IMG/VR virus record: IMGVR_UViG_2718218172_000006
Source of the DNA: a virus
Taxonomy: Duplodnaviria > Heunggongvirae > Uroviricota > Caudoviricetes
DNA: 15,331 bases
Strand: one strand, 5' to 3'
Made by a program: the position numbers and the translations under genes. The notes under the pieces were generated by a model that ran no database searches, was not told the origin of the DNA, and was given only the letters and a program-made list of their open reading frames with translations. This document shows, piece after piece, positions 8,314 to 15,112 of this stretch (position 1 is the first letter of the stretch; each line of letters opens with the position of its first letter).

Positions 8314-10162
8314 AGTTAACATTACAAGATATAAGTAATGGACGCACTCCCAATTAGTCTATTTAAATCGCCACGAGTTTAACTGACAACCCATGATCAA
8401 TTATGAATTGCAACTATTTCTGTAGTCACTTTTGTGGGGACAGTCCACAAAACTGCCAACTTCCGCTTCTTGCTCTTAGCGGACATTAGCATAGGCTATT
8501 TACCATAACGCCTCATTACGCGCACCGCCCAGACTGACTCAGCGCGTTTCTGGCATATCCCCGGTAAAACAAGTAACAAACCACCCGAAAATGAACACCA
8601 GAAACGCGACTTAAGAATCTACCCTATGAATGGATATGCACTCAACCGAATCGATCTTGGTTTCAATCTTTTTTATCGGGATCAGGCTTCTTTTTAGGTA
8701 ACTTCGGGGGCTTAACTTGCTGATGACTTTGCGTTCGGCGCGTAAGCCAGGGATGGTCAGCTTTAGGTTTAACATAGTATTTTGAGCGTAAATCAATACG
8801 GGCATTATCCACTCGTTCATGGACACTCTTTTCATCATCCAGTGGTATAGGCTCCGGGCCATCAACATACTTTTCCCAGCCCAGCGCTTTCCCGTCATAC
8901 AGAACGTTAATTTCACCGTCAAAGTTCTCGCATACAGTAACAACCGAATGCCTAAGTCGATATCCCCGGCCCTCACTGCGTACCTGAAACGCACTGCTTT
9001 TGTACTGGAAAGTGAGATTTTTAGACAGAACGCGCTTCGCCTGTAGGCTGAAGATATAACCCAGTTCCTCTTCAGAATGGTGCACATCAAGATGAGCATT
9101 ATCAGTAGTACGAGGCGACGTAGCGAACCGGTTGTTATAGGCTTCAATAAAGGTCGGCAACCATGCATTTGCTGTTTCAATATCACTGATATTCTGAAGC
9201 CGCATTTCTTTGACCAGCCTGTCCTGTAGTGTCTGATTGGCGCGCTCTACCCGCCCTTTTGCCTGCGGGCTGTTGGCATGGATTGGCTCGATGCCCAGTG
9301 TCTTTATCGCACGAGTGAACTGGGTCAGCTCACCTTCCCGCTCTGGGTTATTTACCCTGAATATACTGTGTCTATCAGAGTAGAGAGCGAGCGGTACGCC
9401 ATGATCATTAAGGTAACCCCGGAGGGTTTCCATGTAAGCCCGGGTTGTTTCAGCAGGCACAAAACGCAACGCCATCAACGCACTGGTGGCATCATCAATG
9501 AAAACGATCAGTGTACATCTGGGGCCTCGATTTTCAAACCAGTCATGAGGTGAGCCATCAATCTGGATCAGTTCACCGTAAGATGGTCGTCGCATGCGGC
9601 GTTGATATATACGGGCAATTTTACGACGGCGTTCACGCCATAACCCCTCTTCTATCATCCACTTTCTGAGAGTTTCAACGGATAAAGATAAACCGTGTAT
9701 CTCGCGCAATTTTTCGCACGCAAACGTAGGTCCAAAATCAGCGTAACGGCCTTTGAGGAGTGAAATTACTGTTGCTCTGAATTCAGTAGAAAAGGAATTA
9801 TTAGGACGCTTTCCACGTCGGTGGGAAACCAGACCAGAAGGCCCTTCATTTCTATACCGTTGCACCAGACGTTTAACCTGCCGAATAGAAATGCCAATGC
9901 GTGCCGCAGCTTGTTCCTGAATAATCTGAAGTCGGTGGAGTTCCTTATGACTCATCGTAACAGTCTCTTTGATCATGAAAAATCCCCCAGAGAATTGTCT
10001 GGGGACATTTTAGAATGGTTCAAAGGGGACATTACAGCTTGGTGTTAACAATAGCCTGCTTCTCCGTGCCTTTCGGCACGTAAGAGGCTAACCTACATGT
10101 GTCTAGCATGAAATTGGCCTCAGATTAATGTTAAGCGTCTTGCAGGACGCGTAATGTTAACT
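8314..10162 (-). mobile_element. insertion sequence carrying the DDE transposase; ends uncertain
   Basis: The only candidate terminal repeats I could find by eye are a perfect 12-bp inverted pair, AGTTAACATTAC at 8314-8325 and GTAATGTTAACT at 10151-10162. The true ends may lie inside this span. No target-site duplication identified. Confidence 0.3.
8663..9976 (-). CDS. DDE transposase, rve/integrase-core type (IS481- or ISNCY-like), 437 aa
   Basis: 437-aa ORF with an N-terminal helix-turn-helix region (IGISIRQVKRLVQRYRNEG) and a D…D…E arrangement typical of rve-fold transposases (LIQIDGSPHDW … LALYSDRHSIF … KGRVERANQTLQ). Lysine-rich C-terminal tail. Exact IS family not identified. Confidence 0.8.
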   Translation of the reverse strand: MIKETVTMSHKELHRLQIIQEQAAARIGISIRQVKRLVQRYRNEGPSGLVSHRRGKRPNNSFSTEFRATVISLLKGRYADFGPTFACEKLREIHGLSLSVETLRKWMIEEGLWRERRRKIARIYQRRMRRPSYGELIQIDGSPHDWFENRGPRCTLIVFIDDATSALMALRFVPAETTRAYMETLRGYLNDHGVPLALYSDRHSIFRVNNPEREGELTQFTRAIKTLGIEPIHANSPQAKGRVERANQTLQDRLVKEMRLQNISDIETANAWLPTFIEAYNNRFATSPRTTDNAHLDVHHSEEELGYIFSLQAKRVLSKNLTFQYKSSAFQVRSEGRGYRLRHSVVTVCENFDGEINVLYDGKALGWEKYVDGPEPIPLDDEKSVHERVDNARIDLRSKYYVKPKADHPWLTRRTQSHQQVKPPKLPKKKPDPDKKD

Positions 10163-10310
10163 GGGGCTTTTCTCTATCTGCCGTTGGTGTCCATGCCCGA
10201 GGCAGATAGCCTCAAGCACCCGCAGTCATTCTACTTAACTAAGATTTCCCCGCAAACCGTTTTTGTCCAGCACAGTAAATATCCAACTAAACCAATGGAG
10301 TTCGCTGTAT

Positions 10311-10490
10311 TTACCGCCAGTATTCAATGCACATGACCGCCATGAACACCCCTAAAAAAAGGGCATTTATATATCCAAATATTAATATCAAAACATCAAC
10401 TTTTTCCATATACCTTGCTGTGAAGATGATGGGCATACATGATGCGAACAACCAGAACGCAACAAACAAAAACTGCAATGCGTTTTTCAT
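10311..10490 (-). CDS. small two-helix membrane protein, 59 aa (track ORF 10311-10529 trimmed to the ATG with a ribosome-binding site)
   Basis: ATG at 10488-10490 is preceded by GTAGGAGGAATA-ATG, a near-consensus Shine-Dalgarno. Product MKNALQFLFVAFWLFASCMPIIFTARYMEKVDVLILIFGYINALFLGVFMAVMCIEYWR has two hydrophobic helices. No family recognised. Confidence 0.5.
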   Translation of the reverse strand: MKNALQFLFVAFWLFASCMPIIFTARYMEKVDVLILIFGYINALFLGVFMAVMCIEYWR

Positions 10491-10674
10491 TATTCCTCCT
10501 ACAATCAATGTGCAATTACATTTAAACACACCTCAATTTGGCCGGACATATAAATATCTAAACCAGAAAAAATCACTTACATAGCGTTACAAACTCTTTA
10601 GTCTAAAGGTTCATCGTAAAACATTCCCCATACTTATCAGTCCGTTCCGCGCCAGGTAGCTCATTGCCTTATCT

Positions 10675-10704
10675 GGCAACCTGTAATCAGGTTTCCGCTT
10701 TTTC
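10675..10704 (+). terminator. candidate intrinsic terminator (plus strand)
   Basis: GGCAACCTG-taat-CAGGTTTCC (9-bp stem, one mismatch) followed by GCTTTTT. No convincing plus-strand gene upstream, so the terminated transcript is unknown. Confidence 0.3.
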
Positions 10705-11642
10705 AGTTGGCTGGTCGTTTAACCGACATAGTTAATCCATTAATCTAGTTGCCGGATGTTGGTGGATTTTCGCGTTTTAGTTGTTCATAAAAGTGCACAG
10801 CTTTAACCAGTTCTTCTGATGTAACTGGGACTGGTGAGGCAGTGAATAAGGCCTGAATTTGATAGTTCGGCCTGTCGTTACAATCCTCTTTTTTCGGTAC
10901 ATATTTCCAGTCACCAGACCACTACTTCCCCTGAAAGTCCGTAACGCCTTTTTTCACGTAGCGATATCGCCATGCCACTGGTTTTGCTTGCCCCGCCGTT
11001 TCATGCCCTTCCTGATAATTAATCTCGCTCATTCATCGCCCCACTCATCACAATATGCTTCGACCGGAGTTTTTCCCGCTTCATAGTCATCACGCTAGGA
11101 TTCGACATCAGCAGCACTTCCACCGCGTAACTCACCATAGTCCATTAATAGTTCATCCCGCTCTTCAAAACTGATGTTATATTTAGCTGAACAAAAATCA
11201 GCCACTTTGTTCTTCCTCATCGTCTTTTATTTCGTGGTATGAGTAATTGCAGTAGTTAAAGAAAATTTCTTATGCTCCGTCATGAATTTCCTCAGGTGTT
11301 GCGTCATCGTCCACTTCGAATACATCCTCAAAATCTCCACCAGCTATTCCCGTTTCAATAATAATTTTGAACTTTCGCATTTCACTACCGCCCTTTCGGG
11401 CGGCCTCCTGATGTTCTGAGGGTGCAGAAATCCATCCGGTTAAGGATTAAATTTTATTTACAGAACTGAATTTAATTATTCAGATATACGTATCTGTAGC
11501 CTTACGAATCTACTCACTGGATGCCTCTTTCATAAAAATAATCCAGTGGGTTTTATCGTTTTTTCCCTGTTCGTTGACAGATAACAGGTTTTCTGTCTGT
11601 CAGTGCCAGAATCTGGCTTACCGGTATTTGCGTTTCATTCCA

Positions 11643-11999
11643 TTAAAAAATCAGAACGCCGTGCGGCCTCAACACCCGAAAGGCTTCTTTAAATCTCTGT
11701 CGCGAATCATCACGCCAGGCATCTTTATTCAGCCGTCCATATTTCTTTCCCATCCAGGCGTTATCACCAACACTCTCAAGATGCGGAGGGTCTAATACAA
11801 CCATCGAAAAAGATGCGTCTGCAAATGATAATGCACGAAAATCTGCGATAATGTCAGGGCTGATAATCAAGCGTCTCCCATTGCGTAATGTGTATCCTTC
11901 TTTTCTGATATCGCTGAATATCGCCCGTTCGTCAGACTTATCGAACCAGAACATGCGGCTGCCACAGCACATATCAAGAATGGTTGCCGGTGCACTCAC
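11643..11999 (-). CDS. DNA N6-adenine methyltransferase-like protein, short (118 aa), possibly truncated
   Basis: An N-terminal SAM-binding-like motif (LDMCCGSRMFWFDK) is followed by a DPPH motif (VVLDPPHLE), resembling the DPPY/DPPW catalytic motif of amino-methyltransferases. The GTG start overlaps the stop of the upstream gene by 4 bp. The frame stays open for 29 more codons beyond the TAA stop, suggesting a nonsense mutation or an unusually short enzyme. Confidence 0.5.
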   Translation of the reverse strand: MSAPATILDMCCGSRMFWFDKSDERAIFSDIRKEGYTLRNGRRLIISPDIIADFRALSFADASFSMVVLDPPHLESVGDNAWMGKKYGRLNKDAWRDDSRQRFKEAFRVLRPHGVLIF

Positions 12000-12418
12000 T
12001 GCGCCACGTCCTGAAAATTACCCTGATAGAAAGCCAGTATGCGCTGCATAACTTCGCTCTTCCGGCACTCGCGACAGATTATGTTTAGGCGACTGTCGTA
12101 GCGACGTATTTCTCCGTCAGGTGATGACCAGATAAGGTCCGGATCAACCACAGCAGGTTTCTTCACCTTTGCCCTCGAGAGTTTTTTGCGGGCGTTTTGC
12201 CAGTCCTTACGCGCCTGTTCAGAGGGGAATAACCCGTAGCCGGAGTTGTATACATCGCCACTGGCTACCAGCTCTCTGGCAAGAACGCTCATCAGATATC
12301 TAGTCGCACCTGTTTTAGCTTCCAGTTGCCGTAACGTCTCACGGCCGCTCTGGCGCACGAGTTCCACCACCTGCCATTTAATTTTTTCCCGCTCTTCTTG
12401 TGTAAAAACTTTTGCCAC
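11996..12418 (-). CDS. hypothetical prophage protein with a putative helix-turn-helix (140 aa)
   Basis: 140-aa track ORF with a GTG start. It has an HTH-like segment (ETLRQLEAKTGATRYLMSVLAREL) and a basic central region, and is translationally coupled to the downstream methyltransferase-like gene. Family not recognised. Confidence 0.55.
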   Translation of the reverse strand: MAKVFTQEEREKIKWQVVELVRQSGRETLRQLEAKTGATRYLMSVLARELVASGDVYNSGYGLFPSEQARKDWQNARKKLSRAKVKKPAVVDPDLIWSSPDGEIRRYDSRLNIICRECRKSEVMQRILAFYQGNFQDVAQ

Positions 12419-12458
12419 AAGTCCCCCTTAAAATTACCTCATGACCTGAAATCAACAC

Positions 12459-13424
12459 TTATCCTCTGAAACCAGGCGGAATTTCTGTATCCGGTTCAGA
12501 AATATGATTAACACAACGCTGTACAGGTGAACGTCCCAGGCGGATGACCAGTTCGTCCCATTTTTCGCGGAGCTTTGACGGGCTCATGATGTTTTTTACC
12601 CAGAATGGATCTCGCTGAACCCGACCAAACATTTCGCAAATTTGTCTGTGGCTTCTGCCATCCAGCATCCGCATTGTGCGCACGTCATTGGCCCAGGCAG
12701 TCCAGTTAGGCTCTTTTGGTCGCATGATCTCGCCATCATCACTGGCTGCCTGTTCGTAGAGACCCACGATCCGCCCCCAGATCCACTGCGCACACGCCAA
12801 ATCCTCCCTGCTACCCCACTGGCGTTTTTTCGCACTAAACACAACCGCGTCGGAGTTCCGGGTTAAAAAATCCTGTTCAGTCGTCTGCGGGTCCGGTTGC
12901 GAAGCTTCCGGACGAAAAGTGTTTTTATTCTCTGTAGTAATCTCTGTTGTATTCTCTGTAAGATCATCAGGCCATTTTGACCCGATGACATTGGGTCGTT
13001 TTGAACCAATGGAGCGTTTCATTTTGACCTCTTCCATCGTGTCATTTTGACCTGATGGAGCGGCGCATTTTGAACCGATGGATTCGCTCAATTTGCCACC
13101 ATCTAAAAGCTCGCTCCCATAGTTGATCGTGTAGAAATTGGTCATATCGCGCTTTGATTTATTGAGCTTTTCACAACGCAAAAGCCCCAGCGTTTTCAGA
13201 CTTGCAAACGCGCGCTTTAACGTTGACTCTGACCAGAATGGGAACTGTTCCAGCCATTGTTCCGTTGTGTTATAAATCCAGCGAACACCATCACATTCCA
13301 TGCCGGAGTTGGTATCTCTCAACCAGTAGTGCAGTTGTTGCAAAACAATGGCTTCGTTTAAGCCAATTTTCATTGCCAGCTGCGTGTTTATAACCAGTGG
13401 GCGTTCAGCAAAAAGAAGGCTCAT
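12459..13424 (-). CDS. lambda O-like replication initiator (replisome organiser) with an embedded candidate origin
   Basis: Track ORF 12459-13478 trimmed to the first ATG (13422-13424). It sits where a lambdoid O gene would, downstream of the Cro-like dicC. The N-terminal region looks like a DNA-binding domain, and the central linker is encoded by five direct DNA repeats followed by an A+T-rich stretch, as in ori-lambda. This is a functional inference; similarity not verified. Confidence 0.6.
   Translation of the reverse strand: MSLLFAERPLVINTQLAMKIGLNEAIVLQQLHYWLRDTNSGMECDGVRWIYNTTEQWLEQFPFWSESTLKRAFASLKTLGLLRCEKLNKSKRDMTNFYTINYGSELLDGGKLSESIGSKCAAPSGQNDTMEEVKMKRSIGSKRPNVIGSKWPDDLTENTTEITTENKNTFRPEASQPDPQTTEQDFLTRNSDAVVFSAKKRQWGSREDLACAQWIWGRIVGLYEQAASDDGEIMRPKEPNWTAWANDVRTMRMLDGRSHRQICEMFGRVQRDPFWVKNIMSPSKLREKWDELVIRLGRSPVQRCVNHISEPDTEIPPGFRG
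12973..13083. repeat. five iteron-like direct repeats (~23-bp period) inside the O-like gene
   Basis: Plus strand: cATTTTGACCCGATGaca (12973), cGTTTTGAACCAATGGAG (12997), tcATTTTGACCtcttcca (13019), tcATTTTGACCTGATGGAG (13042), gcATTTTGAACCGATGGAt (13065). The adjacent A+T-rich 12901-12960 contains ATTCTCTGTA twice. Confidence 0.6.
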
Positions 13425-13926
13425 AATTCCATCCAGCTTTTTGTTGGTATTGCTGTCGATACGCAAGTTTGAAAGCAATTGCTTTTTCTATAAGTTCGTC
13501 AGTTTCACGATCCACTACGGCAGGATCAGCAAAAAGCAGTCCGGACTCCACCACATCGCCATATTCTTTGTTTAACCCGGCGATCATGCACGTGATGCTT
13601 TTTCCGTCAGTAATTTCACGATACAACCTGAAATCATTAATCCGGATAGCCTCCATAATTGCAGGCACTAGCGCCGTGAACTTTTCACGCTTATCCCTGG
13701 TGTCGATAGCCTTCCAGCGTTCAAATATCTTCACTCGATTAACGCCAAGCGCTCGCTGATCAATCGCGCCACCTTCATATGTGACACGCTGAACATCGAT
13801 GTTCGGGCGCTCTTTCAAAGCCCAGAATGCTTCAGTGATTAATATCGTCGCCTGCTCCTGTGTCATTCCTGGTCGACATATCCAGGCATCCAGAGCCTCA
13901 CGAGCCTGTTCAGGAGTGATTTTCAT
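13405..13926 (-). CDS. hypothetical prophage early protein (173 aa)
   Basis: 173-aa ORF starting at ATG 13924-13926. It overlaps the dicC stop by 17 bp and the O-like gene start by ~20 bp. It sits where a lambdoid cII-like gene would; no family recognised. Confidence 0.5.
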   Translation of the reverse strand: MKITPEQAREALDAWICRPGMTQEQATILITEAFWALKERPNIDVQRVTYEGGAIDQRALGVNRVKIFERWKAIDTRDKREKFTALVPAIMEAIRINDFRLYREITDGKSITCMIAGLNKEYGDVVESGLLFADPAVVDRETDELIEKAIAFKLAYRQQYQQKAGWNYEPSFC

Positions 13927-14140
13927 TGTTCAACCGCCCCGCCCGCTTCGTCTTACGATATTCATCATAAACTTTGGGATCATACTGAAGCTCCCCGCCA
14001 GATGCCTCCTGTAGACGCATCGCGCGACCTTCGGGAACTAAATCCCCTTTCCAGCTATAAAGCGAAGCCAAACGAATACCTGCTGCTTGTGCAAGTTTTG
14101 TTTTTGAACCGAAATACAAAAGAGCGTCAGTTTTAAGCAT
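13910..14140 (-). CDS. dicC: DicC (Cro-like repressor), 76 aa
   Basis: 76-aa ORF MLKTDALLYFGSKTKLAQAAGIRLASLYSWKGDLVPEGRAMRLQEASGG…, transcribed divergently from dicA. Recognised as E. coli DicC; length matches. Confidence 0.88.
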   Translation of the reverse strand: MLKTDALLYFGSKTKLAQAAGIRLASLYSWKGDLVPEGRAMRLQEASGGELQYDPKVYDEYRKTKRAGRLNNENHS

Positions 14141-14223
14141 TTAAAACACCTTTATTGTTAGTCATAACTAACAAGATAGATGTTAACAAAAACATAGTCA
14201 ATACGATTTAGCATTAGCTAACT
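14141..14223. promoter_or_regulatory. dicA/dicC divergent promoter-operator region
   Basis: An 83-bp intergenic region contains a 20-bp palindrome TTGTTAGT-cata-ACTAACAA (14155-14174) with perfect 8-bp arms, TGTTAACA (14181-14188), and TTAGC-atta-GCTAA (14208-14221) overlapping the dicA start. Confidence 0.65.
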
Positions 14224-14631
14224 ATGGAAACAAAAAATTTAACTATCGGCGAACGCATCAGGTATCGTCGGAAAAACCTCAAACACACCCAAAGGTCTCT
14301 TGCTAAAGCCCTGAAAATCTCCCATGTGTCTGTATCACAATGGGAACGGGGTGATAGTGAACCTACAGGGAAGAACCTTTTTGCCCTCAGCAAAGTATTG
14401 CAATGCTCACCAACATGGATTCTATTTGGCGATGAAGACAAGCAACCAACACCACCTGTTGAGAAGCCAGTTGCCTTATCCCCCAAAGAACTAGAGCTCC
14501 TTGAGCTGTTTAATGCACTGCCAGAATCAGAACAGGATACCCAGCTCGCCGAAATGCGAGCTCGAGTAAAAAACTTCAATAAACTCTTTGAAGAATTACT
14601 AAAAGCCCGTCAGCGGACAAATAAAAGATAA
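14224..14631 (+). CDS. dicA: DicA (XRE/cI-type HTH repressor), 135 aa
   Basis: 135-aa ORF METKNLTIGERIRYRRKNLKHTQRSLAKALKISHVSVSQWERGDSEPTGKNLFALSKVLQCSPTWILF…, recognised as E. coli DicA; HTH_XRE motif evident. Confidence 0.95.
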   Translation: METKNLTIGERIRYRRKNLKHTQRSLAKALKISHVSVSQWERGDSEPTGKNLFALSKVLQCSPTWILFGDEDKQPTPPVEKPVALSPKELELLELFNALPESEQDTQLAEMRARVKNFNKLFEELLKARQRTNKR

Positions 14632-14659
14632 CATCATCAATGAGTTATCTTTTACCACA

Positions 14660-14725
14660 TCAATTATGTTAGCTATAGCATACAAAATAACTTGACCGAT
14701 ATGTTAGTCATGGCTAATCTTGTTT
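14660..14725 (+). promoter_or_regulatory. candidate dicB-operon promoter with operator half-sites
   Basis: TTGACC (14692-14697), 17-nt spacer, TAATCT (14715-14720). GTTAGT/GTTAGC motifs related to the dicA/dicC operator half-site sit at ~14666-14681 and 14703-14718, overlapping the spacer. Confidence 0.5.
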
Positions 14726-14797
14726 GCATCAACACACCGCACGGTGTTCTCAGCAAACAGTTCCGCTACCCCAGCGTTAAGGGGAAATGAGGTCAGC

Positions 14798-14953
14798 ATG
14801 GATACTATCGATCTTGGCAACAACGAATCTCTGGTGTACGGCGTGTTTCCAAACCAGGACGGCACGTTCACCGCAATGACGTATACCAAAAGCAAAACGT
14901 TTAAAACCGAAAATGGTGCCCGTCGCTGGCTGGAAAGAAACTCAGGTGAGTGA
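14798..14953 (+). CDS. ydfA: YdfA, 51 aa
   Basis: Track ORF 14720-14953 trimmed to the internal ATG at 14798, which is preceded by AAGGGGAAATGAGG. Product MDTIDLGNNESLVYGVFPNQDGTFTAMTYTKSKTFKTENGARRWLERNSGE matches K-12 YdfA in sequence and length as I recall it. Confidence 0.8.
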   Translation: MDTIDLGNNESLVYGVFPNQDGTFTAMTYTKSKTFKTENGARRWLERNSGE

Positions 14954-14954
14954 T

Positions 14955-15083
14955 ATGGATTTCGACACAATCATGGAAAAGGCTTACGAAGAATACTTCG
15001 AAGGCCTTGCCGAAGGCGAAGAAGCTCTCAGCTTCAGTGAGTTTAAACAGGCGCTTTCCAGTTCGGCAAAATCTAACGGCTGA
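14955..15083 (+). CDS. ydfB: YdfB, 42 aa
   Basis: Not in the track (under 60 aa). ATG at 14955 is preceded by AGGTGAG; product MDFDTIMEKAYEEYFEGLAEGEEALSFSEFKQALSSSAKSNG, stop at 15081-15083. Position and length match K-12 ydfB. Confidence 0.7.
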   Translation: MDFDTIMEKAYEEYFEGLAEGEEALSFSEFKQALSSSAKSNG

Positions 15084-15112
15084 TAAGCGAAACAGCACCG
15101 CGAGGAATCAGT

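Noticed and set aside
8431-8453. Hairpin TTTTGTGG-ggacagt-CCACAAAA considered as an intrinsic terminator
   Set aside because: No U-tract follows on either strand; more likely part of the IS flank or a protein-binding dyad.
8611-9553. ORFs inside the transposase gene (8611-9186 -, 8819-9046 +, 9278-9553 +)
   Set aside because: Wholly contained in the 437-aa DDE transposase ORF, in other frames or antisense.
10154-10584. Plus-strand ORFs 10154-10336 and 10327-10584
   Set aside because: The second is antisense to the 59-aa membrane protein gene, which has a strong ribosome-binding site. Neither has a plausible start context, and both have low-complexity translations.
12973-13083. Possible CRISPR array suggested by regularly spaced direct repeats
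   Set aside because: The repeats have a ~23-bp period with almost no unique spacer between them, lie inside a protein-coding gene, and have no cas genes nearby. They fit replication-origin iterons far better.
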